DNA of 64,000 bases from contig OZ024757.1 in NCBI GenBank assembly GCA_964016885.1, positions 35,960,001-36,024,000 on the forward strand. The letters run 5' to 3'. Below, in pieces: positions 13,563 to 27,062 of the stretch. A program made the position numbers and the translations under genes. Source of the stretch: Eledone cirrhosa. Taxonomy: Eukaryota. The notes under the pieces are model-generated. The model was not told where the DNA came from, made no database searches, and saw nothing but the letters and a program-made list of their open reading frames with translations. Positions within the stretch are counted from its first letter, which is position 1, and every line of letters starts with the position of its first letter.

Positions 13563-16500
13563 GACATATATACATTATATACACATGCACAGACACACAC
13601 ACATCCCATAACTCTAAATATTTCAAATAACTTCCATCTATTGTCTTCCTATCAAATAACTTCCATCTATTGTCTTCCTATCAAATATCACCTTTGTAGT
13701 TATAGAGTTTTTTGTTTTGCATTTTTTACCTCACTTTATACTATTATATATATATGTGTGTGTGTGTACATACATACGCACGCATATATATATACATACA
13801 TGTATATATGTGTGTGTGTGTGTACATACATACGCACATACACACATATATATATACATACATGTATATATGTGTGTGTGTACATACACACACACATACA
13901 CACACATATATGTGTGTGTATACATACAGACGTGTGTGTGTGTTCAGTAGCTGATTTATCTTTGTCACCTTACTGTTGATAGTTTTTCCTCCACAATCAG
14001 TTCTTCAGGTAGTACTTACTAATCCATCCTTTTGTTCTGATTGCCTGAAGAGTCATTTATGTTGAGACTATTAGTTGTAATGTGACTTGATGATAATCCA
14101 GCACTTTGAATTAAAAAAATATGGGACACGTTTGTATTGTTTTTTTTTTTGTTTTTATTTTTTAAAAACTCTTATGTATAAGTTTATATATATATATATA
14201 TATATTGCCATATTAGGGCCTTAGAATGAATTCCTTGTTTCACCTCCAGGGAAACAGTTGGGGGGGGGGGGGATTTTTTTAATCTTTTAACAAAGTTCTC
14301 TGACTTTGTCTGTCCATTCTGAAGCATACCATCTATTTAAAGTAATTGTAAATATTTCCTACAATGTATATACTGAGTGTGTATATTTATAAATACATAC
14401 AATGTATATATACATTGTATATATTGTATGTGTGTATATATGTATATATATAAATATATATACACTGTATATTATTTGTATATATCCATTCACTCCATAA
14501 AATCACAGAAATCCCATGTTGTAAATATGAATTCAAAAGTCAAAGTATACACAATAAGTTAAACAGTGGTTAGATGACTTAGTGTGGGAGCAACTATACT
14601 GCTCTGAACAGTTTCATTACCACCTCCTATATCAGGCAATATAATTGCAACTGCTGCATATAGAAGTCATTCAATGTTTCCAAAGATTAGAAAGATCTTA
14701 TGACTAGGGCTAAGTGGGTAAATCATCGGCGGAGTTCAGTCCTAACTAAGGGAAGAATTCCTATGAGAGACTGCCACAGTCAGTATGAACTTTTACAGTG
14801 GTAGTGACAACAGTCTCAAAAGCTGTGGCAGAATCATGTGACCTTCTAAAGAAGAGGCACATAGAGTTCCTCCATTAGGGATAAACACACTGTTGGTGGT
14901 AAAATAACTGAATCTGTGCCGAAGCTCTCAACTTGACTAGTTATACATATAAGACATAAATGCAAAAATGCATAGAAATGGAACTAATATGAAAGAAATA
15001 TTGTTCACCTTATAATTAAAGGGATGTTAGATGCCGGGGAGAAAAATAATTAAGTATAAGTTAAACGTTTATGTGATATATATAGATGATGATGATGATG
15101 ATGATGATGGTGGTTGCAACTTGGTTTCAAGTAATTCCATCACTTGATACTTAACCCTTTAATGTTAAAACTGGCCAGAATTCTCTACCTCTTTCTGTTG
15201 AAACTGGCTGTAACTGGTCACTCAAACTGATGTTAAGGTTTTGTTCTCGAAATAAATACTTTCAAAATCTCATAGATTCGATATTATGTGGGGTAAAGCC
15301 TTTACCATGAAAATATAATAGTATATATAGAATAATGTGAATGCTAAAGGGTTAAACATGAGTATCACAGACGTGGCTTTTTGGTCCTGCTAGGGACTTG
15401 CCTATGGCCAGCAATACCATGCATAGTAAAAATATCACATATCAACTGATGCCTGTGATTGAAGCTTTTTTAAGTTAGGCTTTGCACAGGGTCAATCCCA
15501 CTCTCTGAACATCGAATGCATTTACCCAAAAAGAAGAACTGGATGCAAACGAAGTATCACAGGTTTTATATTAGAGTGACCTTCTCCTAGAGAGATGTCT
15601 TCATGAAGTCTAGGAGTCTCTCGTTCCACTTCCCTCCTAAAAAAAATACTTTATTGGATGGCCATTGACACTCCTGAGTTCCTTTGCTCTTTGATGGGTT
15701 TAGTTTTTCATCCTGCAGGGTGTCCAAAGTCACCCTCTTTGCCAGTGCAAGGTCTGGTTAGGTTGATGATTTATTTGCTGACAACCCAACTATGCACAGG
15801 TTGTACTGGGTTACATGTTACCAGTAGCACTGAAGCATGATATATAGATATATAGATATATATTTATATATATACAAAGTGTTAAAACGATCAAATTTTA
15901 GTTTAGAGTATTATTTGCTGACATATATAGATACGCACACAGATAACAAAAATCAAAAAGGTAAAATAACACAGGAGAACAATACACGGCTGGTACAAAT
16001 TCTGTAGTTTATATAAAACATTGTGACATATGTAATACATATGTATTATATATGAAATATGTCACAATACGTCATAAATTATACTGCTTTGTAATATATA
16101 CCAACATTGTATTATATTGTTTTGTATCTTTCATACAGGTGCAAATATATTATGTGAGATAAAGCATTTACCATGAAAATATAATAGTATATAGAGAGTA
16201 ATGTGAATGCTAAAGGGTTAACATTTAAATCAGTGGTATCCAGCCAGAATTCTCTCACCTCTTCCTGTTCAAACCGGCTGTAACTAGCCACTTATACTTA
16301 TGTTAAGGTATTGTTCTCAAAATAAATAATATAAAAATCTCATAGATTCGAATACAATAGTAAATATAAAGAAATCCTCATCATCATCAATGTTTTACGT
16401 CTGTTCTTCCATGCTAGCATGGGTTAGACGGGTTGTCCTGTTATGGGCAGTGTCCGGTCGACTGACCTTGTCTTGCTCATACAGGAACTGATTCCGGCTT

Positions 16501-19500
16501 AATTTCTACAGCTGGATGCCCTTCCTAACACCAACTTCATTTACAGTGTGGGCTGGGTGATTTTTTTTGCCGTGGCACGTCCACGACCACTTTGCAGTGG
16601 AATGATAGGGACCCCAGTCCTATCATCTCATTTCTACAGCTGAGTAAATTGGAACAATGTGAAATAAAGTGTCTTGCTCAAGGAAACAATACATTACCCG
16701 GTTTGAGAATTGAAATGTAAATGGTAAAGGATTAATGTTTGTGTGAGATGGAAAGGTTTTATGATGATGCCACATAGAAGTGAATCTAATAGTGGTAGTT
16801 AGCGTGGTCACTCTCTGTGAGATGTTATTCTGGTCTGTTTTGTTGTTGGTCAGTTATATGATTTGTTTCTGAAACCCTCAGGGCTGAAGTTATTGCCGGT
16901 GTCCAACTCCTGTTTCTTCTTTCTCCTATCTTATTCACCACAACTGGACAATGTGAATGTGGTTCTTGTTGTGTGAGTCAGCCCCACTTGAGCAACACTT
17001 ACGATCAAAGGCCTTTCAGCCATGACCATCCTGTCTTTTTTAGGGCTATATCTAAGATTGTGCTCTCTAATCAATCTTTTCTTCATTTTGAAAGGTAATA
17101 GGGTGTGATTTGAGGAAGCATTGGTTATTATTTTTAGTAAGTTGAGTAAGCTCAGAGGCACTTTGTTAGCTCTGACATATTGAACACAGCAGTCAAGGAC
17201 ACTGGTCAGAAATGGGGGGGGGGGGCTTGGTGGTGTGTAGGCAGAGCAGTGGTGGGGGTGGGGTTAGATAGGTGTGGTGGGAATAAGCAGAACTGGGGGT
17301 GGTAGATGGGTGCGGTGGGAGTAGTTAGAACTGGGGGTGGTAGATAGTTGTGGTGGGAGTAGGCAGAACTGGTGAGGTGGTAGATAGGTGTGGTGGGAGT
17401 AGGCAAAACTGGGTGGTGGTAGATAGGTGTGAGGGGAGGGGTAAACAGAACTGTAGGGGAGTAGATATGTGGGGGTGGGGGCGTGGTGTTGAAAGTAGAC
17501 AGAACTGTGGGTGGCTGAGTGGTGATGGTAGATAGGTGTGGAGGGGGTAGACATAAATACAAGATGACTGCATTCCAACAGTCTCCCTCACCCACCCCAC
17601 AATAAAATAATGTGACCCTATCAACCCCACACCAGGATATATATAATTTTTAAAATATTGTTTTACTATTTCATTCTACTACTTGTTCCAGCTTACAGAT
17701 TGAGACCATGCTGGGGCACCACATTTCTCTTTATATTTATTTACACTCACCTGTACCAGCTGATGGTCTGCGGCCATGCTGTGGCACCAACATTAGTGTT
17801 TATTAATTTATACCAGTGGAAGGGTTGTGGCCATGTTGAGGCACCACCAACATTTGTTTTTTGTGTTCTATATTTGTGTTGTTTTTTTTTGTTGTTTTTT
17901 TTCTGTTGATGAAAATTTTGTTTTCTTTTAATTTTGTCTTTCATTATTTTTTCCCATTTTTTGTCTCCTGTCTCACATAAACACCACCACCACCACCACC
18001 ACCACCAGATTGTGGATAAACTATTCTGGGTAAGGACCAACCCCCTGCCCACTTCTCCATCAATTTTTTTTATATGTTTTTCTGGATGTTGATGTGTTTG
18101 ATTTTCTTTTCAATTAGCTGTACGCCCCTCCTCCTTCTTGATATGCTACCCCCATCCCCCCCCCCCCCTCCCCTCCATATCCCCCCATTTCTGGTCCTTG
18201 GACATGTCTTTCCACCCGCCCTGGCCCATGGCTGAAAACTAGACCACTTTAACAACTACTACTGCTGCTGCTACTACTACTACTAATACTATTGCTGCTG
18301 CCGCATCTATTACTACTACTACTGCTGCTACTACTACTACTACTACTACTACTACATAGATTTTGTGCACAATTTTTTGTTTTTATAATAATGTTGTTGT
18401 TGTTATTATTATTATCATTATTAATATTATTGTTATTTTGCTTGATAATTATAATATTAATTAGTGTGTTGTGTCAGTGTAATTAATTTAATTACAATAT
18501 TAATTAGTGTGTTGTGCCAGTGTAATTAATTTAATTACAATATTAATTAGTGTGTTGTGTCAGTGTAATTAATTTAATTACAATATTAATTAGTGTGTTG
18601 TGCCAGTGTAATTAACTATTAATTACAACACTAATTAGTGTGTTGTGTCAGTGTAATTAACTTAATTACAACACTAATTAGTGTGTTGTGTCAGTGTAAT
18701 TAACTTAATTACAACACTAATTAGTGTGTTGTGTCAGTGTAATTAACTTAATTACAACACTAATTAGTGTCTTGTGTCAGTGTAATTAACTGTTAATTAC
18801 AACACTAATTAGTGTCTTGTGTCAGTGTAATTCGTTAATTGCTAACCTCCCCTCCTCCTCCACAGCTTGTTTTATTGTTTTAATAATTTTCAATATCACT
18901 TCTCACTCCAACTCTTTATCACTCTATGAATTTCCCTCCCTGCTCCCTCGCTCTCTCTCTCTCTCCCTCTGTATATATATATCTTCATCATCATCACCAC
19001 CATTAGTGGAGTTTTCCTTGATTGACCATAGGGAAGCTATCTCCAGCCCCTATTCTCAACTTTTACTACTTTGCTTCTTCTCCCACTTATTCCTGAGAGG
19101 GTCGTGGGAGCAGAGTCCTCAAACATTCCGTCCAGCAGGTCCTATCAGAAGCAACCATCTCCAACTGATCCGGCTGGATCCCCAAGTGAGACCAGCAAAG
19201 TCATGGATGTTATCCAACCAGCTTGTTCGGGGTCTACCCCTGGGTCTCCTGCCAGTTGGTTTTGCCTGTAAAATCTGTCCAGTGATTCTTTTCTGAGCCA
19301 TTCTAACCCCATGCCCTTAATACCAGAGCAGTGATCTCTCATTTTGGAGAAGTAGTGGCTCTACCTAGTGTGACTCTCTCATCTCCGATCTATGCACTTT
19401 ATTGAGTAACGTTACTCCAAAGATCTTTCGGAGGAATCCCATTTTGGCCACTTGTATTCGCAATCATATTCTTTCGGTCATTACCAAAGATTCATGACCC

Positions 19501-20812
19501 TTGGTTGGCAGGAATACCAGGAAGATAGCAAGTTTGGCTTTTACACCTACCTCCCTTCTTCTGATTACTGAATGCTGAATCTGGCACATTACTGGTACTT
19601 AATTCAGTCTCCTGCCTTGTGAACACAGCCCCGAGATACTTAAACTTTTCTATCTGCTTCAGTGGAACTTCATTCACATGTAGAGTGCACGACACAGGCT
19701 TCCTTGGGAGGACGAGTGTCTGTTTTCACAGCACTGATCTTCATTCCAGCCATCCAGCACGCACTCGGCATCAAACCTATTGAATGCAAGTCAGAAATCA
19801 CCTTCTCTCGAGTTGAGTAGCACTATGTCTTCTGTAGACTCCAGCCGACTAATTTTACACCCGCCAGTCATGATATCACATCCAACGCGATTGCGCATGT
19901 CAATCCTGTTCATGTAAATAATGAACAGGAAAAGTGACAGCATGCACCCTTGGTGGAGTCTGACTGCCATATTGAATGGTTTCAATTTAGCACCATTTAT
20001 CCGAATACAAGGACTTGGGCATTCATATGAAGACATCAGGGCAACAAGAAGTTGACCATTAATCCCATGATCGTGCACAACCTTCCACAGCAGGTCATAT
20101 GCCTTCTTAAGGTTGACAAAACAAGAATATACTTCTTGGCAATACTCTCACAATTTCTCAAAGACCTATCATGGCTGTGCTGCATCTGGGGAATGTTAAA
20201 GGCCTTAGAGAATATATTCTCTGGGGCTTTTAACATCTTTGACCAGGTTTCATCCTCCCCAACAGCCTTGTCACATTTGAGCTCTTTAACTGTTCTTGTG
20301 ACCTTAGACTCTGAGAGATTCGTCACTGCTCCCAGATGCTGTTGTGATCTGGTTTTGGAGATCAGCAAAGAATTCCCTCCACCTCATGAGGATGCACCTC
20401 TCTGTAGAGAGGTAACCCCACACACGTTCTTGATAGTAGGTGTGGTGGAGGGCTTGACTATTTGATGATCTAAAGTCGGATTCCAGCTTAACCCCAAAGT
20501 CCTCCCTTGTCTTAACTTTGGACGTCTTCACTGTCTCTGCTGCAATTCTTTGTGCCTGCTTGTACCACATGTGCGAGAAGGAGGACTTATTTCCAAGCCA
20601 AGCATTGTAAGCCTCTTTCTTTGCTCAGATGGCATCTTTGACCTCTTGATTGACTCAAGGAGTCTTCCTGCCATCCAGTGCCACTTCAAGCCTCTTTCGC
20701 CCACAGCTGAAGCAGAAACTGCTGCAGTGAACAATTTCCACTCTCTCAATGTCCTCAGTTTGCTCAGGGAATTCTCGGAATTTGGTTGCAATAGTATCTG
20801 CATACATGTATG

Positions 20813-20871
<59 letters not shown>

Positions 20872-21043
20872 GTGTGTGTGTGTGTGTGTGTGTGTATGTA
20901 CATAATATGTATATGTAAATATATGTGTATATATCTGTATATATATATATGTATATATATATGTATGTGTATATATATATGTATATATATATGTATGTAT
21001 ATATATATGTATGTATATATATGTATATATGTATATATATATG

Positions 21044-21074
<31 letters not shown>

Positions 21075-22183
21075 ATATGTGTATATATATGTATGTATAT
21101 ATGTGTATATATATATATATGTGTGTATGTATATATATATATGTATTTATATATGAATATATATATATATGTATGTACAAATTATAAAACAATCAAATTT
21201 TTGCTTAATACATTTAATTGCTGACGATCGTTTCTTCCAGACAACTGCTCTCTGTTCTCTACAATATCATTTTATTACTATTGGTTTTTCAATATAATGT
21301 CACTGACACTATTAACACTATTAACAATAATTGTTTCTACGTTAGGCACAAGGCCAGCAATTACCCAGTATATTACTTGTACTTTATTTTATCGACCCCG
21401 TAAGGATGAAAGGCAAAGTTAACCTCGGCGGGATTTGAACTCAGAATGGCAAGGGCCGTAAGGTCAAAGCATGGCGTCCGACCCTCTACCGATACTGCCA
21501 ATCCACCAATGAATGTTCTAAAGACTAGAAATGTGATTACTTGTTTAACCCTTTAATGTTAAAACAGGCCAAAACTGGCCAGAATTCTCTACCTCTTTCT
21601 GTTGAAACTGGCTGTAACTGGTTGCTCAAACTGATGTTAAGGTATTGTTCTCAAAATAAATACTTTCAAAATCTCATAGATTTGATATTATGTGAGGTAA
21701 AGCCTTTACCATGAAAATATAGTATATATAGAGTAATGTGAATGTTATGTGAGGTGAAGCCTTTACCATGAAAATATAATAGTATATATAGAGTAATGTG
21801 AATGTTATGTGAGGTAAAGCCTTTACCATGAAAATATAGTATATATAGAGTAATGTGAATGCTAAAGGGTTAAACATTGTGTATGCTCCGATGATTCCAG
21901 ACAGTTGTCTGAAAGAATCAATCGTCAGCAATTAAATGTATTAAGCAAAAATTTGACTGTTTTATATTTTGTATTTCTGCTCTGTAATACATCTGATAAT
22001 TTACATTGAGCTATTTTTCTTACTGGTAATTGGGAAGTACAACATACTACCCTTTCGTATTTATAATTGTATATAGGTTATATATATAAGTATAAATATT
22101 ATTATCATATATTTATGTATGTATATATATATATGTATGTATGTATATATGTATATATATATATGTGTATATATATGTATGTG

Positions 22184-22215
<32 letters not shown>

Positions 22216-22421
22216 TATATATATGTATGTATATATATATATATGTATGTTTATATATATGTATATTTATATATGTGGGTGTATATATATGTATGTGTAT
22301 ATGTATATATGTATGTATATATGTATGTATATATATATTTATGTATATATATATATACATATATGTATATATATATACATATATATACATATATATATAC
22401 ATATATAAATATATGTATGTA

Positions 22422-22503
<82 letters not shown>

Positions 22504-23931
22504 ACGAAGGAGGTGTGGTAAGGAACCAGATGGACCATAACGCACCAGAGTACTCAATACTTAGGGTAGTAGAGTCCAGAAATAGCCGTCAAAATGGCTT
22601 GAGCTCTGCCGTCGGGATTAAACATTTTCCTCTATATATATATACGAGGGGGGATCAAAATGTTCGCGGGATTTTATCGTAGTAAGAAAAAATAGGTTAA
22701 AACAATATTAAACATGTCAGAACATTGTCACTGGGTGTTTACCTTGCTGTTAGTCACTTGCAGTCAGTTATGCGCAGACTATTGTACAGTACTGACACTC
22801 TTTAAAAAACCTCTTTTTGGAACAATGGAAAATAGTTATTTTGAGATAAGATCGAATATGAAGTTTCTGGTGAAACTGAAATGGAAAGGGACACAGATTA
22901 TGGAGGCTTTAGTTAAAGTTTACGGTACTACTGCTCCAAAGAAACTGCTGTCTACAAGTGGATTCAGCGATTCAAACAAGGGAGAGACGACCATCGCAGT
23001 GGAAGACCAGGAACATCAAAAAATGACCAAACGTTGAGGCTGCTCAGACTTTAATTGAAGAAAATCGAAGAATAACAGTTAATTAGTTAGCTAAGTCCCT
23101 AGACATTTCATATGGTTCGGCAAATTCAATTCTGCACGATAATTTGGGACTAAGCAAGCTTTCAGTGTGATGGGTCCCAAAAGCGTTGCGCCCTGATCAG
23201 CTGATTCTTCGAAGTGATCTGTCTTTGGTGATATTAAACAAAATTGAAGTTGATGAAGAACATTTCCTGACCAGAATCATCACCGGAGATGAAACCTGGA
23301 TCTACCAGTATGATCCTGAATCCAAACAGCAGTCAAAACAGTGGCTTCCACGTGGATCATCGGGGCCAATCAAGTTCAAATCTCAAAAGTCAGATCAAAA
23401 AGTGATAGCCACCATTTTCTGGGATTCAGATGGGGTGATACTAATAGATTATCTTGAAGGTCAAAGAACTGTGACAGGAGCTTACTATGCAAATGTTTTA
23501 AGGGAGCTGAAAGAGGTATTAGTCAAGAAACGAAAAGGGAAACTTCATGGTGGGATCTTGTTTGACTATGACAATGCACCAGCGCGGGTTGCAAAAGAAG
23601 TTCTTCGAGAATTTTGATGGGAAGTGCTTCCTCACCCGCCTTATAGTCCAGATTTAGCCCCATCAGACTTTTTCCTCTTTCCAAAACTCAAAGATATGCT
23701 AAAAGGAACCCGTTTTAGTGGTGTTGAAGAAGCTAAAAACACTGCCAACACATGGCTTCGAACAAGGCCTTCAACTTTCTTTAGAGGCGGCTTACGAAGC
23801 TGGAAGCATCGCTTTGTGAAGTATATTGACCTGGATGGCAACTATGTAGAAAAATAAATTGAAGGTAAATCATATTTTTTGAAAAATAGAATATTTTCTG
23901 AAAAATTCCGCGAACTTTTTGATCCCCCCTC

Positions 23932-23968
<37 letters not shown>

Positions 23969-25517
23969 TAAAGTGAAATGTCAGGAGGCCAAGTATGTTG
24001 AATTTACTTAATTATTTATTTCTGCAAACACTAAACACGTCTCTGGCTCAAAAATATAGAAACACTTTTTTCTCCTCTTTGTTTTTCTTTGCTTGTTTGC
24101 TTAAAGCTTACCATCATTCCGTTGGTATAGATCTATTACGCAATTTACACCTGAAGATGTCACCGGGTTCCTATGCAACCTGGCCACTGAAATGTGCATA
24201 GTGTTTACAGAAATAAATAATTAAGGAAATTCAATATATTTGGCCTCCTGTCATTTCACTTTATAATACATTTATTCAAAAGAGGAGAGCCATGGAGTTA
24301 TGGTAGATAGCTGGCCATCTGGACACAAGCTGGGGTTTGATCAGCCCCAGCTGGGTCACCTGGAGAAGGGCGTATGATTTTGAAAGACCCGAAACACCCG
24401 ATGATACCAGGCACATCACTGAAGATGTGTCCAGATGCAACAGTCATAGATGTGTGCACACAACTCCATTTCCACAACATCAAAGATGGATGAGTTGCAT
24501 AACGTTGGGGGCTTTTCTTATATTACATCATGATTAATTTTGCAGAATGACCAACTCTACCCAGTGGTAAACCACCAAATTTAAACATGTTTATATTGTC
24601 TTAAATATAATAAATAAGAGAGATGGTTTTATTCATACATCTTTATTTTATTACATAATTCCATTATACGTATTTCAAAGATGTCAGAGTGGTTAAATAA
24701 TAACCCCCTGGCATGTAACCATCTTGCACATATATACACATATATATATATTATATATATATATAATAATGATAATAATATTTATGTATCATACATATAT
24801 CTATACATGTATTTTCAAGAGACATCTCAACATTCTATTGACCAAGATTTCGGATGAACCCACAGCACGATGTGAAGCACAAATAAGAGCAGCAGCAACA
24901 AACTGCCTTTTGCACCAGTAGCCAACCGGGGAAGGCTGGCTATAGAAAGTGAAGCATCGGTGGCTGTGCCCCAGCATGGCCTCAGGCCCTCAGCTGGAAT
25001 GCAAATAAATAAATAAAATAAATATATATAATATATATATGTACGTGTGTGTATGTATGTATGTATGTATGTATATATATATATATATTATATATATAGG
25101 CACATTTATATATAATAATGATAATAATATATTTGTCAAGGCAGAATTCTAGGAGAAGGAAAACTCTGATATAACACCTGCAACCCTGATGGTAGCCAAT
25201 GATGTTGACTTGTTCTTCTTCTTGGTAAATATCATCTTGGTTAAGAGAGTGGGACTGGCTTTGTGCAGTGCCTTTGCTCACTATAAAAGTTTCACGGCAC
25301 AGGCATTGCTTTATATCTGGAGATCTCTCTGCACTTGTCGTCACATGGTACCATGGGCCCAGCACTACGTGTCAATAATTGTCACAAGTGTAGTGTTTGT
25401 ACCAGGGTTTTCAAGTCGCTGGCTGGACTAAAAAGACACACTCGTTCAGCGCATCGGTAGGGGTTCTCCTACATGGATATAAAGTAGTGGCCGTACTCGA
25501 AAACGAGTTGGCAGCCA

Positions 25518-25571
<54 letters not shown>

Positions 25572-26112
25572 AACTCATGCTAGCGTGGAAGATAGACGTT
25601 AAACGATGATGATGATGATATATATATATATGTTAGGTAATTCCGAAGAAAAAGCAAGGAATAACATCTCTGTCTGATGAACGATCTAGACATATGTTAA
25701 CATTGTCTAGGGTCCAGAAACCTTTGGTAATGGAGTAGTTATATATGCCTTGGTTGCCCTTGAAATATATATAATAAAATAATTATGGTTTTATAAATAT
25801 AGTTCCCATTTATTAATATATTGAATATTTACTCCATTACCTGTTGAGTGCTCTATATCAGTTATAAACTTTTAAGTTTGTTGGAATCCCAACAAATTAA
25901 ATATAACTTCTGCATATATATATATATGTCGATCGACTTTCGTCAAATCGGACCGAGGAAACAATGTTTCCGTTGGTCTTTCCAATTGATAATAATCTCT
26001 ATCGGTCACAACTCCAGGTAGAAGGAGCAACGTGAAATAAAGTATCTTGCTCAAGGACATAACGCATCGCCTGGTCCGAGAATCAAACTCTCAACCTCAC
26101 GATTGCAAATTC

Positions 26113-26143
<31 letters not shown>

Positions 26144-27006
26144 TATATATATAAATATAAATAAATATTATTCAGTTGATGAAAGTTGGTAGATCAAAAA
26201 TCTGCCGACTTTTCATGAGTACTGGACAGCAATGTTAACACCACGTTAAACCAGTAACATATCAATGGACAGAAAAAACACATCACATTCCACATGAAGA
26301 AAATATGCTGGGTGGTTATTATATAACTACCTTAACATCTTTGAAATACGTATAATGGAATTATATAATAAAATGACGATGTTCGAATAAAACCGTCTCT
26401 CTTGTTTATTATATATCATCATCATCGTTTAACGTCTGTATTCCATGCTAACATGGGTTAGATGGGAGTTGGCCCACTTGAAGCAAGATTGGTTGGGTGA
26501 CCGTGTCTCACTTGTATAGGACTATCTGGCAGGTTTTCTACGGCTGGATGCCCTTCCTAACACCATATATATATATCCATCATCCTTCATTTGAAGAAGT
26601 AACATGATGTCGAGTGCTTCAATTGAATTGCATCTATGTCTGCCGTATATATTCATGTCATCATTCATCATCATTTCATTTTACATCCGCTTTTCCCTGC
26701 TTGCAAGGGTGGGACGGGAACTGATTCTGGCTTGATTTCTACAGCTGGATGCCCTTCCTAACACTAACCTCATTTACAGTGAGTGCTGGGTGTTTTTTTT
26801 CCATGGCGCCTCCACGACCACTTTGCAGTGGAATGATAGGGAACCCTGTCCCTATCATCTCATTTCTACAGTTGAGTAAACTGGAGCAATGTGAAATAAA
26901 GTGGAAACAAGGAAACAACACATCACCCGGTCTGAGAATTGAACTCACAACCTTTCGATTGCAAGGCCAATGCTCTAACCAATAAGCCATGTGCCTCCAT
27001 TCATAT

Positions 27007-27062
<56 letters not shown>

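Noticed and set aside
25383-25460. C2H2 zinc finger as a host ZNF gene
   Set aside because: Single finger followed by stop and a short tail into (TA)n, without linker or splice context; better explained as a LINE C-terminus.
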